Shown here: positions 16,359 through 26,754 of the stretch, piece after piece
How positions within the stretch are numbered: position 1 is the stretch's first letter
Layout: each line of letters begins with the position of its first letter
Assembly: GCA_963739135.1 (NCBI GenBank)
Contig: CAVTZG010000026.1
Span: 192,105-256,104, forward strand
DNA length: 64,000 nucleotides
Source: an uncultured Actinomycetes bacterium
GTDB taxonomy: Bacteria > Actinomycetota > Actinomycetes > Streptosporangiales > Streptosporangiaceae
Direction: 5' to 3'
Made by a program: the position numbers and the translations under genes
Notes under the pieces: generated by a model
The model's database searches: none
Told to the model about the DNA's origin: nothing
The model's input: the letters and a program-made list of their open reading frames with translations, nothing else

Positions 16359-18004
16359 CCGGCGATCAGCGGCTCGAGCAGGATGTCGGGGTGCTCCCGC
16401 TGCACCTGGCCAAGCCGCCACTTGTCGCTGAACAGCGCGAGCACGGCCCCGTCGTGACGGCGGGTCAGCACCTCGACGGCCCGCTGCCCGGCCAGGACGC
16501 GGGCGCCATCGGCATCGGTGCGCCTGGCCAGGGTGTAATCGAGGTGATCGAGTTCGGCGCGGGCGCCGAACTCGAACTCCAGCCGGTGCAGGACCACGTC
16601 GAACTGCAGCGGGCCGACCGCGGCCAGGACCGGGGCTTGATCACCACGCAGGTCAGAGGAGAGAACCTGCACCACGCCCTCGGTGTCCAGCTGCTCGATG
16701 CCGCGCCGGAACTGCTTCTGCCTGCCTGCGTCCTTGCCGCGCACCACCGCGAAGTGCTCAGGCGCGAAGCTGGGAATGGGCGGGAACTCGACCGGGACCT
16801 CGCCCGCGTACAGGGTGTCACCCGGACGCAGCGCGGTCGCATTGACCAGGCCGATCACGTCGCCGGGATAGGCCACCTCGACGGTCTCCCGGTCCTGGCC
16901 GAACATGGCCTGGGCGTACTTGGTGGCAAACGGGCGGCCGGTGGCCGCGTGGGTCAGGACCATGCCGCGCTCGAACCGGCCCGAGCAGACCCGCACGAAC
17001 GCCACCCGGTCCCGGTGCGCCGGGTCCATGTTGGCCTGCACCTTGAACACCAGCCCGGAGAACGGGGCGTCGACCGGCCGCGGCTCGCCCTTGATGTCGT
17101 CGCGCCTGGCCGGGGCCGGCGCGAGCTCGGTGACCGCGTCCAGCAGGTAGCGGACACCGAAGTTCGGCAGCGCGGCGCCGAACAGCACCGGGCTAGACAC
17201 CCCGGCCAGGAACGACGACATGTCGACACCAGGGCCGTAGATCTCGTCGAGCAGCGCCAGTTCTTCCCGCGCCGCCGCGTAGGCCTCGCCGTCGCGGGCG
17301 GCCGCGGCCTCAGCGTCCAGCCGCGTCTCCAGGGCGCGCCCGGCCCCGCCCGGGGTCCTGGTGAAGACCGTGTACTGGCCGGTGGACCGCTCGATCAGGC
17401 CGCGGAAGTCGCCCGCCACGCCGACCGGCCAGTTCACCGGGGCCGGGCGCAGCCCGATGCGCTGCTCGATCTCATCAAGCAGCTCTAGTGGCTCGCGCCC
17501 GGGCCGGTCCCACTTGTTCACGAACGTGATCACCGGCACCGCCCGGCTCCGGCAGACGTCGAACAGCTTCAGCGTCTGCGGTTCCAGGCCCTTGGCCGAA
17601 TCCAGCAGCATGACCGCGCCGTCCACTGCGGACAGCACCCGGTAGGTGTCCTCCGAGAAATCCGCGTGACCGGGCGTGTCCAGCAGGTTCAGCACCACGT
17701 CGCGGTAGTCGAAGCGGAGCGCCGCCGAGGTCACCGAGATGCCGCGGGTGCGTTCCAGCGCCATCCAGTCCGAGGTCACGCCCCGCCGGCCCGCCTTGCC
17801 GTGCACCGCGCCCGCCTGGGCGATCGCCGACGCGTGCAGGGCCAGGGCCTCGGTCAGGGTCGACTTGCCCGCGTCCGGGTGGCTGATCACCGCGAACGCC
17901 CGGCGCTTGGCCGCCTCGGCCAGCACCGGGGAGCCTGCTGTCTTCGAACCGGGCACCGCCGCATCGGCGGCATGCGGAAGCGCCCCCGTATCCGCCATAG
18001 TCAC
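16355..18004 (-). CDS. prfC: peptide chain release factor 3
   Basis: ISHPDAGKSTLTE (G1), LLDTPGHADF (G3), NKWD (G4), and RF3-specific stretches throughout. Confidence 0.92.
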   Translation of the reverse strand: MTMADTGALPHAADAAVPGSKTAGSPVLAEAAKRRAFAVISHPDAGKSTLTEALALHASAIAQAGAVHGKAGRRGVTSDWMALERTRGISVTSAALRFDYRDVVLNLLDTPGHADFSEDTYRVLSAVDGAVMLLDSAKGLEPQTLKLFDVCRSRAVPVITFVNKWDRPGREPLELLDEIEQRIGLRPAPVNWPVGVAGDFRGLIERSTGQYTVFTRTPGGAGRALETRLDAEAAAARDGEAYAAAREELALLDEIYGPGVDMSSFLAGVSSPVLFGAALPNFGVRYLLDAVTELAPAPARRDDIKGEPRPVDAPFSGLVFKVQANMDPAHRDRVAFVRVCSGRFERGMVLTHAATGRPFATKYAQAMFGQDRETVEVAYPGDVIGLVNATALRPGDTLYAGEVPVEFPPIPSFAPEHFAVVRGKDAGRQKQFRRGIEQLDTEGVVQVLSSDLRGDQAPVLAAVGPLQFDVVLHRLEFEFGARAELDHLDYTLARRTDADGARVLAGQRAVEVLTRRHDGAVLALFSDKWRLGQVQREHPDILLEPLIAG

Positions 18005-18025
18005 TTACGTGAGGATACTGGGTCC

Positions 18026-18601
18026 GTGGACCGCATCCTGACCATCCCCAACGGGATCAGCGCCGCCCGCCTGGCCGGGGTGCCGGTCTTCCTGTGGCTG
18101 GTGCTCGGGCCGCGGACCGAGGTCGCCGATTACTGGGCGGTCGGCCTGCTGATCGCCGCGGGCCTGTCCGACTGGCTGGACGGCAAGATCGCCCGCGCGC
18201 TGAACCAGTCCAGCCGGCTCGGCCAGATACTCGACCCGGCCGCCGACCGGCTGTACATCGCGGCGACCATCATCGCACTCGCGGTCCGGGGGATCATCCC
18301 GTGGTGGCTGGTCGCCGTCCTGGCGCTGCGCGAGCTGACGGTCGGCGGGGCGCTGGCCGTGCTGCGGCGCCGGGCGGGCTTCGGCACCCTGCAGGTGAGC
18401 CTGGTCGGCAAGGCGGCCACCCTGTGCCTGCTGTATGCCTTCCCGCTGCTGTTCCTCGGCGATCACCCCGGCTGGGGCGGGACGCTGGCCCGGGTCATCG
18501 GCTGGGCCTTCGCGATCTGGGGGACGGCCTTGTACTGGTGGGCCGCGTCGCTGTACCTCGTCCAGGTGAGAAGCTTGGTCAGTGATACGGCCAGTCCCTG
18601 A
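18026..18601 (+). CDS. CDP-alcohol phosphatidyltransferase (PgsA / eukaryote-type cardiolipin synthase-like)
   Basis: GTG start at VDRILTIPNG. DWLDGKIARALNQSSRLGQILDPAADRL matches the D-x2-DG-x2-AR...G-x3-D-x3-D motif. Confidence 0.85.
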   Translation: MDRILTIPNGISAARLAGVPVFLWLVLGPRTEVADYWAVGLLIAAGLSDWLDGKIARALNQSSRLGQILDPAADRLYIAATIIALAVRGIIPWWLVAVLALRELTVGGALAVLRRRAGFGTLQVSLVGKAATLCLLYAFPLLFLGDHPGWGGTLARVIGWAFAIWGTALYWWAASLYLVQVRSLVSDTASP

Positions 18602-18664
18602 AGGACCTGTGCTCCCTGAAGGACCTGTGCGAGCCCGTGAATCCGCCGGCGATGGGGTAAACCT

Positions 18665-21196
18665 ATGGGCGGAAACCGGGAAGGAGCGGCGAAGGCATTG
18701 AAGGCCGTCGTGATGGCGGGAGGAGAAGGCACCCGGCTGCGGCCGATGACCGCCAACCAGCCCAAGCCCATGCTTCCGGTAGCCAACCGGCCGATCATGG
18801 AGCACGTGCTGCGGCTGCTCAAACGGCACGGGTTCAACGAGACCGTCGTCACCGTCCAGTTCCTGGCCGCGCTGGTCAGGAACTACTTCAGCGACGGCGA
18901 GGAATTCGGGATGAACCTGCGGTACGCCACTGAGGAGATGCCGCTGGGCACCGCGGGCAGCGTCAAGAACGCCGAGGACGAGCTGCTCGACGAGCCCTTC
19001 CTGGTCATCTCGGGTGACGCGCTGACCGACATGGACCTGACCGCGCTGGTCGAATTCCACAAGGAGAAGGGCGCGCTGGTCACCGTCGGCCTGGCCCAGG
19101 TGCCCAACCCGCTCGAGTTCGGCATCGTGATCACACAGGAGGACGGCCGGATCCAGCGCTTCCTGGAGAAGCCGACCTGGGGCCAGGTGTTCTCGGACAC
19201 GGTCAACACCGGGCTGTACGTCATGGAGCCGGAGGTGCTCGCCGAGGTGCCGCCCCGCGAGCTTGTCGACTGGTCGGGCGACGTCTTCCCGAGGCTGCTC
19301 AAGCGCGGGGCGCCGCTGTTCGGCTATGTCTCGGATCGCTACTGGGAGGACGTAGGGACCCACGAGAGCTACCTGAAGGCGCAGGTGGACGTGCTGGCCC
19401 GCCGCGTGCAGAGCGACATCGCCGGGTTCGAGGTCTCGCCCGGGGTCTGGGTTGCCGAGGGGGCGGAGGTCGACGCTGACGCGGTGCTCACCGGGCCGCT
19501 GTGCATCGGGGACTACGCCAAGATCGAGGCGGGCGCGCACCTGCGCGAGTACACCGTGATCGGCAGCAACGTGGTGGTCAAGGAGGGCGCGTTCCTGCAC
19601 CGTGCCGTGGTGCACAACAACGTGTATATCGGCCAGGGCGTGACCCTGCGCGGCTGCGTGATCGGGAAGAACACCGACGTCATGCGGCTGGCCAGGATCG
19701 AGGAGGGCGCGATCGTCGGGGACGAGTGCGTCATCGAGCCCGAGGCCTACCTGTCCGCCGGGGTGAAGGTCTACCCGTTCAAGACCATCGAGGCCGGCGC
19801 GGTGGTGAACAACAGCGTGATCTGGGAGTCGCGCGGCCAGCGCACCCTGTTCGGCCCGCGGGGCGTGTCCGGGCTGATCAACGTGGAGGTCACCCCCGAG
19901 CTGGCGGTCCGGCTGGCCAGTGCCTACGCCACCATGCTGCGCAAGGGCTCGACGGTCACCACCTCGCGGGACGCGTCCCGGGCCGCGCGGACGCTGAAGC
20001 GGGCCGTGCAGAGCGCGCTCAACGCCAGCGCGATCAACGTGGTGGACCTGGAGGCCCAGCCCCTGCCCGTGGCCAGGTTCGAGACGGCCAGGGAGCACTA
20101 CAGCGGCGGCGTCGCCATCCGCACCACGCCCGGCGACTCGCAGTCCGTCGACATCATCTTCCTCAACGAGCGCGGGGCCGAGCTGTCGCAGGCGGACCAG
20201 CGCAAGCTGGAACGCGTCTTTTCCCGCCAGGAGTTCCGGCGGGCCTTCCCCGGCGAGATCGCCGAGCTCAGCTACCCGCCCAGGGTGGTCGAGTCGTACG
20301 CCCACGAGCTGCTGCGGTGCGTGGACATGAGCGGGGTCCGCGAAGCCAACCTGAAGGTGGTCGCAGACTGCGCGGGCGGCACGACGTCGCTGGTGCTGCC
20401 GAGCCTGCTCGGCACGATCGGGGTCGGCGTGCTCACCCTCAACAACCGGCTGGACGAGATATCGCCGGCCGAGACCGTCGCGCAGCAGCGGGCAGGCCTG
20501 CAGCGGCTGGCCGAGGTGGTGTCGTCGTCCCGGGCGGCGTTCGGCGTCAGGTTCAACCCGGTCGGGGAGCGGATCCAGCTCGTGGACGAGAAGGGCGAGC
20601 TGGTCAGCGAGGACCGGGCGCTGCTGGCCGTGCTTGACCTGGTGGCGGCCGATCGCAAGTCCGGCCGGGTCGCCCTGCCGGTGACCACCACCAGGGTGGC
20701 CGAGCAGGTCTGCCGATTCCACGGAGTCCAGGTCACCTGGACGCCGACGTCGATGGACGCTCTCACCCTGGCGGCGGCGGGCGACGACGTGATCTTCGCG
20801 GCCGACGGGCGCGGCGGGTTCGTGGTGCCGGAATGCACCAGGACCGTCGACGGCATCGCGGCCTTCGTGCGGCTGCTCGGCCTGGTCGCGCGGACCAGGC
20901 TGACACTCAGCCAGATTGACGCCAGGATCCCCGCCGCGCACATGCTCAAGCGGTCCATCCCGACGCCCTGGGCGGCGAAGGGCAGCGTGATGCGCACGGT
21001 CATGGAGGCTGCGGGCAGCCGTGAGATCGACACCACGGACGGAGTGCGCGTCACCGAGCATGACCGGGGCTGGGTACTCGTGCTGCCCGACCCGGCCGAT
21101 GCCGTCACCCACCTGTGGGCGGAGGGCAACGACGCCGATGCCGCGCAACTGCTGCTCGACGAGTGGGCCACGGTAGTAGAGCAGGCGGGCCGCTAG
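18665..21196 (+). CDS. bifunctional sugar-phosphate nucleotidyltransferase (mannose-1-P guanylyltransferase-like) / phosphomannomutase-family protein
   Basis: N-terminal KAVVMAGGEGTRLRPMT, a central left-handed beta-helix hexapeptide region, and a C-terminal PGM/PMM-like domain. Confidence 0.85.
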   Translation: MGGNREGAAKALKAVVMAGGEGTRLRPMTANQPKPMLPVANRPIMEHVLRLLKRHGFNETVVTVQFLAALVRNYFSDGEEFGMNLRYATEEMPLGTAGSVKNAEDELLDEPFLVISGDALTDMDLTALVEFHKEKGALVTVGLAQVPNPLEFGIVITQEDGRIQRFLEKPTWGQVFSDTVNTGLYVMEPEVLAEVPPRELVDWSGDVFPRLLKRGAPLFGYVSDRYWEDVGTHESYLKAQVDVLARRVQSDIAGFEVSPGVWVAEGAEVDADAVLTGPLCIGDYAKIEAGAHLREYTVIGSNVVVKEGAFLHRAVVHNNVYIGQGVTLRGCVIGKNTDVMRLARIEEGAIVGDECVIEPEAYLSAGVKVYPFKTIEAGAVVNNSVIWESRGQRTLFGPRGVSGLINVEVTPELAVRLASAYATMLRKGSTVTTSRDASRAARTLKRAVQSALNASAINVVDLEAQPLPVARFETAREHYSGGVAIRTTPGDSQSVDIIFLNERGAELSQADQRKLERVFSRQEFRRAFPGEIAELSYPPRVVESYAHELLRCVDMSGVREANLKVVADCAGGTTSLVLPSLLGTIGVGVLTLNNRLDEISPAETVAQQRAGLQRLAEVVSSSRAAFGVRFNPVGERIQLVDEKGELVSEDRALLAVLDLVAADRKSGRVALPVTTTRVAEQVCRFHGVQVTWTPTSMDALTLAAAGDDVIFAADGRGGFVVPECTRTVDGIAAFVRLLGLVARTRLTLSQIDARIPAAHMLKRSIPTPWAAKGSVMRTVMEAAGSREIDTTDGVRVTEHDRGWVLVLPDPADAVTHLWAEGNDADAAQLLLDEWATVVEQAGR

Positions 21197-21546
21197 ACGC
21201 CCCCTCTCCTGGTCCGGATGCTGGTGCTGCGTCCGGGTAAGCTGTGTCTTTTACGCGATGATGCGAAAGGCTCGAACCGCACTAAATTCGGCAAATATGA
21301 GACAATCGCGCCCACTACGGTGTGAGTAGTTTCGCCCGGCGGTCGTCGCCCGCACCGGGCGGCGGGTGCATGGCTGTGCATGGCGGAGGTGAGACGGCGG
21401 TGTGGCGGAAGCGTCGCGAGGAAAAGATCGGGCGTGGCCGGCGCGGGCTGTTCGCGTGGCTCATGGACCGCCGAGCCCCGGCCCGGGTACCTTGGGCTGG
21501 ATCGCCGGAGGCCGGCGAGCTCACCGAGGGGAGGCCGACCGGAGCC

Positions 21547-22131
21547 ATGCCACGTGCCTATTGCGCCCGCTGCGGCCGGCCTAATCCCGAGGACGCCCGG
21601 TTCTGCTCGAATTGCGGCACCCAGCTGACCGGGACCGGGACGATGGGCGCGGTTCCGGGTACCGGCGGCGCTCGTCCCGGCGAGACCACCTCGACGCTAT
21701 TGCCGCTCCGGCCGGATGACCCTGATTTCGGCGATGACCTCTTCCCTGACTCTGCCTCGTTCGGTGCCCTGCCTGAGGGCAGCGCGCTGCTGCTCGTCAT
21801 GCGCGGGCCCAACGCGGGCAGCAGGTTCCGGCTGGACGGCGGGCTGACCACCGCGGGCCGGCACCCGGACAGCGATATCTTCCTCGACGACGTGACGGTC
21901 TCCAGGCGGCACGCCGAGTTCCAGCGCGAGGGCGGCTTCTTCACCGTCCGGGACGTGGGCAGCCTCAACGGCACCTACGTCAACCGGGAGCGCATCGAGG
22001 AGGCGCGGCTGGCCGGCGGCGACGAAGTCCAGATCGGCAAGTTCAGGTTGCTGTTCCTGACCGGCCAGAACCTCGATCCGAGGACATCTTCCGCCGACCC
22101 TCGCGGCAGGGGCGCACAGGACTACGCATGA
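21547..22131 (+). CDS. FHA-domain protein with N-terminal zinc ribbon (GarA/OdhI-position gene)
   Basis: YCARCGRPNPEDARFCSNCG, then the FHA core TTAGRHPDSDIFLDDVTVSRRHAEF...SLNGTYVN. Start at MPRAY. Confidence 0.8.
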   Translation: MPRAYCARCGRPNPEDARFCSNCGTQLTGTGTMGAVPGTGGARPGETTSTLLPLRPDDPDFGDDLFPDSASFGALPEGSALLLVMRGPNAGSRFRLDGGLTTAGRHPDSDIFLDDVTVSRRHAEFQREGGFFTVRDVGSLNGTYVNRERIEEARLAGGDEVQIGKFRLLFLTGQNLDPRTSSADPRGRGAQDYA

Positions 22132-22997
22132 GCGAGCAGCCCGCGCGCGGTCAGTTCGGTATCGGCGAGGTGCTGGCGCAGTTGCGCCCGGAATTTCCGG
22201 ACATCAGCACATCCAAGATCCGCTTCCTGGAAGCCGAGGGGCTGATCGAGCCGGCCAGGTCGCGATCGGGCTATCGCCGGTTCTGCGCGGCCGACATAGA
22301 CCGGCTGCGTCACATCCTCACCATGCAGCGCGACTCGTACCTGCCGCTGCGGGTGATCAGGGAACGGCTGGCCGAGGGCACTCCGGCGGTCCTTGGGGGT
22401 GCCGGAGCCTTCGGCGCCCGCGGGAGTGAGAGCCCGCCCGCGAACGGCCACGGCGGCGCCGGGCGGGCGTCGGCCGACATGTCCCGGCGCCAGCTGCTCG
22501 AGGCGGCCGGAATCGACGACGCGGAGCTGGCCGAACTTGAAGAGTATGGCCTGATCCGCCGGGTAGGCCGGCAGTACGGCCCGGAGGCGCTGGCGGTGGC
22601 GAGGACGGTGGCGGCGCTGCGCCAGTACGGAGTGCAGGCCAGGAACCTGCGGGCGGTCAAGGCCGCAGCCGACCGGGAGGCGAACCTGGTCGAGCAGTTG
22701 GTGGCGCCGCAGCTGCGCCAGCGCGATCCTGGAGCCAGGGATGCCGCCACCAGGACCGCGTGGCAGATCGCGGACCTCACCTTGCGGCTGCATGCCACGC
22801 TGGTCGGATCCGCGCTGGCCGAGGCCGGGATGGCAGCTGTCCCCGGGTTCGCGGCCAGGTACCAGGCGGAGCCTGGCATATCGGAACAGGCGGCTGATTC
22901 TGGCTCCTCGGCGGGGGGCCTGCGGTCGGCTTCGGGACGATTACGGGTGTACCTTGGCAAAGGGAGAGGTGGCCAAACAGGCTCGCCAGGCACGTGA
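22128..22997 (+). CDS. MerR-family transcriptional regulator
   Basis: FGIGEVLAQLRPEFPDISTSKIRFLEAEGLIEPARSRSGYRRF. Overlaps the FHA gene stop (ATGA). Confidence 0.8.
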   Translation: MSEQPARGQFGIGEVLAQLRPEFPDISTSKIRFLEAEGLIEPARSRSGYRRFCAADIDRLRHILTMQRDSYLPLRVIRERLAEGTPAVLGGAGAFGARGSESPPANGHGGAGRASADMSRRQLLEAAGIDDAELAELEEYGLIRRVGRQYGPEALAVARTVAALRQYGVQARNLRAVKAAADREANLVEQLVAPQLRQRDPGARDAATRTAWQIADLTLRLHATLVGSALAEAGMAAVPGFAARYQAEPGISEQAADSGSSAGGLRSASGRLRVYLGKGRGGQTGSPGT

Positions 22998-23019
22998 GGA
23001 CGGAGCTGCAGTGCGGCAG

Positions 23020-23481
23020 ATGGAGGTCATCGGCGTCCGGGTCGAGATGCCGTCGAACAGCCCCATCGTCTTGCTGAAAGAGGCGCAGGGGGATAGGTAC
23101 CTGCCGATCTGGATCGGGGCGGTGGAGGCCACGGCGATCGCCTTCGCCCAGCAGGGGATGGTGTCCGTCCGGCCGCTGACGCACGATCTGTTCAAGGACG
23201 TGCTCGAGGTGCTGAATGTCCAGCTGCGCACGGTGAACATCACCGCGCTGCGGGACGGAATCTTCTACGCCGACCTCGTCTTCTCCAACGGAGCCGAGGT
23301 GAGCGCGCGGCCGTCGGACTCGATCGCACTGGCCCTGCGCACCGGCGCGCAGATCTTCGCCAGCGAGGAGATCCTTGACGAGGCGGGCGTACCCATCCCG
23401 GACGAGCAAGAGGACGAGGTGGAGAAGTTCCGCGAGTTCCTCGATAACATCTCCCCTGAGGATTTCGGCCGGGCCACGTGA
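23020..23481 (+). CDS. bifunctional nuclease family protein (DUF151)
   Basis: MEVIGVRVEMPSNSPIVLLKE...YLPIWIGAVEATAIA...RPLTHDL...FYADL. Confidence 0.85.
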   Translation: MEVIGVRVEMPSNSPIVLLKEAQGDRYLPIWIGAVEATAIAFAQQGMVSVRPLTHDLFKDVLEVLNVQLRTVNITALRDGIFYADLVFSNGAEVSARPSDSIALALRTGAQIFASEEILDEAGVPIPDEQEDEVEKFREFLDNISPEDFGRAT

Positions 23482-23626
23482 ACCCGCACATCCGGGCCAG
23501 CTCAGCCACCTCCCGTGTCCGGGTATGGTTCGCTGCAGCCGGGAATGTCGCGACGCGCCGTGCATGGTCGTTGACGCCGCTGCCCGGGCCGGCTTACGGT
23601 GCCAGTGCCGTGGGTAGTCAGCTCCC

Positions 23627-24286
23627 GTGGAGGTAGGCGTGGCGGTTACCAGGCATGACAGCGGCGGCGGGACGTCCGCCGCTGGCGGCCCACCAGGCTC
23701 GCTGGGCGCTCAGGGCGCCCTCTTCGAGGCTGACGAAGCTCTCGGGCTGTCTGATGAGCCCGGCCCGGGCTCGGCGGAGATCGGCTACCGCGGGCCGACC
23801 GCTTGCTCCGCGGCCGGCATTACCTACCGCCAGCTGGACTACTGGGCGCGGACCGCCCTGGTCGAGCCCAGCGTGCGGGCCGCGCACGGTTCCGGCTCCC
23901 AGCGTCTGTACAGCTTCCGGGATATCCTGGTCCTCAAGGTCGTCAAGCGGCTCCTCGACACCGGGATCTCGCTGCAGCAGATCCGGGCCGCCGTCCAGCA
24001 CCTGCGCGATCACGGCACCGAGGACCTGGCCCAGGTCACCTTGATGAGCGATGGGGTCAGCGTCTACGAATGCACCTCCGCCGATGAGGTGGTAGACCTG
24101 CTCCAGGGCGGCCAGGGAGTGTTCGGCATCGCGCTCGGCCGTGTCTGGCGCGAGGTTGAAGGAGATTTGGCCGTGCTGCCCGCCGTGCGTGCCGAGGACG
24201 GCTTCGTCGCCATGGTCCCCGGATCTGGGGACGGTGCCACGGTCCAGGACGACCTGGCCAGGCGCCGGCTGCGCCGCACCAGCTGA
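23627..24286 (+). CDS. MerR-family transcriptional regulator
   Basis: AAGITYRQLDYWARTALVEPS...GSQRLYSFRDILVLKVVKRLLDTGISLQQIR. The exact start is uncertain. Confidence 0.8.
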   Translation: MEVGVAVTRHDSGGGTSAAGGPPGSLGAQGALFEADEALGLSDEPGPGSAEIGYRGPTACSAAGITYRQLDYWARTALVEPSVRAAHGSGSQRLYSFRDILVLKVVKRLLDTGISLQQIRAAVQHLRDHGTEDLAQVTLMSDGVSVYECTSADEVVDLLQGGQGVFGIALGRVWREVEGDLAVLPAVRAEDGFVAMVPGSGDGATVQDDLARRRLRRTS

Positions 24287-24627
24287 AACGGTTACGAGCC
24301 GCAGGCAAGCGGCGGCCAGCTCCGGTTAACATGGCCGAAAGCGTTAATTCATTACCACGGCCCGCTAATACTCATTTTCGCGTTACGCCCCGGCATCGGG
24401 CCTTTCTGACGAGCAGTCCGGCCCAGGGTGACAATAGTGAGCGGGTCTGTTTAAATGCTCCCATCACCGATTCGGGCGCCGGTCCTGGGCTCGTCCGGCG
24501 GGCCGTGACTGCCGCATGCGCCGCCATCCAACCGGGGCTTGCGTCTGGGGAGGGGGATCAGGTGACCGATTGCTGGGATGCCCACGGCGAGGCGCAGGCG
24601 GCACCGTGCACTGTGGGTCGTTAGCCG

Positions 24628-26550
24628 GTGGACAATATCCATGATTCCCCCGGTTACTGGCTCGGCCTGACGGCCTCGCAGATGGGGGCCGCGCACAAGC
24701 TGTCCGGCCTGCCCAACCAGGATGCTGTGGCGGTACGCCAGGTCGGGCCGGACCTGCTCGTCGCGGCGGTCGCCGACGGCCACGGGCACCACCGTCATTT
24801 CCGCAGCGCCCGGGGTTCGCAGTTCGCGGTGACAGTCGCCTGCCAGGCCGCCGATGAGCTGGCCGTACGGCTGGAAGGTCTCGAGACGGCCGACCAGATC
24901 AGGTCGGAGGTCTTCGGTCAGCTCGTGCCCGCCATCACCGGGCGCTGGCGCGAGGCCGTGCACGACGATCACGCCGCCGAGCCGTTCACCCCTCAGGAAG
25001 AGGCGGCGCGGGCCGCCGACGACGATGTCCTGGTCGCCTACGGATCCACCCTGCTGCTGGCCATCGCCGGACGGGAATGGCTCGTGCTGACCCAGATCGG
25101 CGACGGCGACATCGTGGGCATCCGGCCCGACGGGCGCCCGCTGCTCCCGGTGCCCGGCGACCCGTCGCTGGACGGTCACCAGACCACGAGCCTGTGCACG
25201 ATCCGCGCGGAGGATGAATTCCGGGCCGGCGTGGTGCACATCGCGACCACGGCTCTGCTGGGAGTCCTGCTCGCGACCGACGGGTACGGCAACGCGCAGG
25301 CGGATGACCCGTGGGCCAACTCGGTCAGTGCCGACCTGGCCGAGCTGATCAGCGACCGGCCGCCGGAATGGCTGGCCGCACAGTTGCCGCTGTGGGCGAG
25401 CCGCTGCGCATCGACGGACGGCAGCGCCGACGATACGACCATCGCGTTGCTCATCGCACCCTCGGCGGCGGCCGAACGCCCGGAGGCCCCCACGGTGCCG
25501 GCCGGCCGTGAGCTGAGCCACGAGCCGCCGGCAGCGGCGGCCCGCAGGCTGGCCGACCCGATGGCGAAGCTGTCAGGCGAGGCGCCGACCAGGCGAGAGC
25601 AGCACCTGGAAAAAGCGGCTGTATCTGTGCATGCCGCAGCTCCGGTCATCCCGGCGGGCACCGAATCACCGACCCTGCGCGTCCGGCCCGGATCTCCGCC
25701 CGCCCCGGCCGGAACTCCGGCCGGGGCTGCGGCCGAGACCCCGACCATGACCGTCCGCACCAAGTCTCCAGCCGCACCGGCCCAGCCGCCACGGGCCGCT
25801 GCCCACGGCGCGCCGCCAGTGGCCGCTGCCCACGGCGCGCCGCCACGGGACGCTGCCCCGTCGGCGCCGTCTAGCGGTCATCATGCGACCGCACCGGCCC
25901 GCCGGTCCCGCCGGTCCCGGCGGCCGCTGGTGATCGCTGCGGTGCTCGTGGTGATCGCCGCCGCGGCCGCCATCGCCGTGACCCAGCTGGGTTCTTCGTC
26001 GGCCACGCCGCGGGCCGCTCCGTCCGTCACGGCGCATGCGTCACCGGCGGCCGGCGGGCACCCGTCTGCGACCGCCTCGGCCGGGACGTCGCCGTCCGCC
26101 GGCACGTCTCCGTCCGCCACCGGGCAGGTTTCGTGCAGTGCGCAGTCGTCAGGGACCGGAGTGCCGGTAAGCGGGCCCAGCGCCGAGATATGCGATCCGG
26201 TCACCGGAGTCGAGGTTCCAATCTCCATGACCGGCCTGCCCGGCGACGGAAAGCGCCGCGCGCTGCAGGTCGGCGATTCGATATTCGTGCTGGACGGCGA
26301 CAGGCTATGGTGGCGCGCGGTCGGCGGGCAGGACCCCAGCTGGCACGACCTGGGGTCGGCTCCCACTGGCCCGCAGCAGGACCTGTGCGCCACGCAGCCC
26401 GGTACGGTCATAGCCGCCGCGTCCGACGATGCAGCCGGGGGAGCGAGCACGCCGTGGACCCAGGTCACCGTCCCGGCGCAGTCTCCCGTGCACGTCGGAA
26501 AGGAAACGCGGGTGGCCAGCGATCCGTGCGGGACCGGACCAAATAAATGA
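24628..26550 (+). CDS. transmembrane PP2C-family (PP2C_2-type) protein phosphatase with extracytoplasmic Cys-containing C-terminal domain
   Basis: NQDAVAV...AVADGHGHH...GSTLLLA...IGDGDIV...ATDGYGN, then a Pro/Ala-rich linker, one TM helix (PLVIAAVLVVIAAAAAIAV) and a ~190-aa C-terminal domain. Confidence 0.7.
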   Translation: MDNIHDSPGYWLGLTASQMGAAHKLSGLPNQDAVAVRQVGPDLLVAAVADGHGHHRHFRSARGSQFAVTVACQAADELAVRLEGLETADQIRSEVFGQLVPAITGRWREAVHDDHAAEPFTPQEEAARAADDDVLVAYGSTLLLAIAGREWLVLTQIGDGDIVGIRPDGRPLLPVPGDPSLDGHQTTSLCTIRAEDEFRAGVVHIATTALLGVLLATDGYGNAQADDPWANSVSADLAELISDRPPEWLAAQLPLWASRCASTDGSADDTTIALLIAPSAAAERPEAPTVPAGRELSHEPPAAAARRLADPMAKLSGEAPTRREQHLEKAAVSVHAAAPVIPAGTESPTLRVRPGSPPAPAGTPAGAAAETPTMTVRTKSPAAPAQPPRAAAHGAPPVAAAHGAPPRDAAPSAPSSGHHATAPARRSRRSRRPLVIAAVLVVIAAAAAIAVTQLGSSSATPRAAPSVTAHASPAAGGHPSATASAGTSPSAGTSPSATGQVSCSAQSSGTGVPVSGPSAEICDPVTGVEVPISMTGLPGDGKRRALQVGDSIFVLDGDRLWWRAVGGQDPSWHDLGSAPTGPQQDLCATQPGTVIAAASDDAAGGASTPWTQVTVPAQSPVHVGKETRVASDPCGTGPNK

Positions 26551-26754
26551 CCGGTGCCGGCGAATGCGGTCCCACCAGCCCATTCAGGCATTCCCGATTT
26601 TGCCGCCTGAGTCCGCCCTATTTTACCGTCGCTATACCTTTCCGTACCGGGCTCATGGCACTACGATCTGGATTGTCACCGTGCCCTGCTGCTGGTGGCA
26701 GGCGAGTGCAGTGGTGACCATTCCGGGCTTGGGGAGAGCGTTGGGGGGCGAGTG

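Noticed and set aside
18005-21148. 1047-aa minus-strand ORF
   Set aside because: It is antisense to the phosphatidyltransferase and nucleotidyltransferase/PMM genes, with no recognisable domains.
24331-24624. 97-aa ORF in the leader of the PP2C gene
   Set aside because: It has no RBS or motif and lies in a less GC-rich, probably regulatory, intergenic region.
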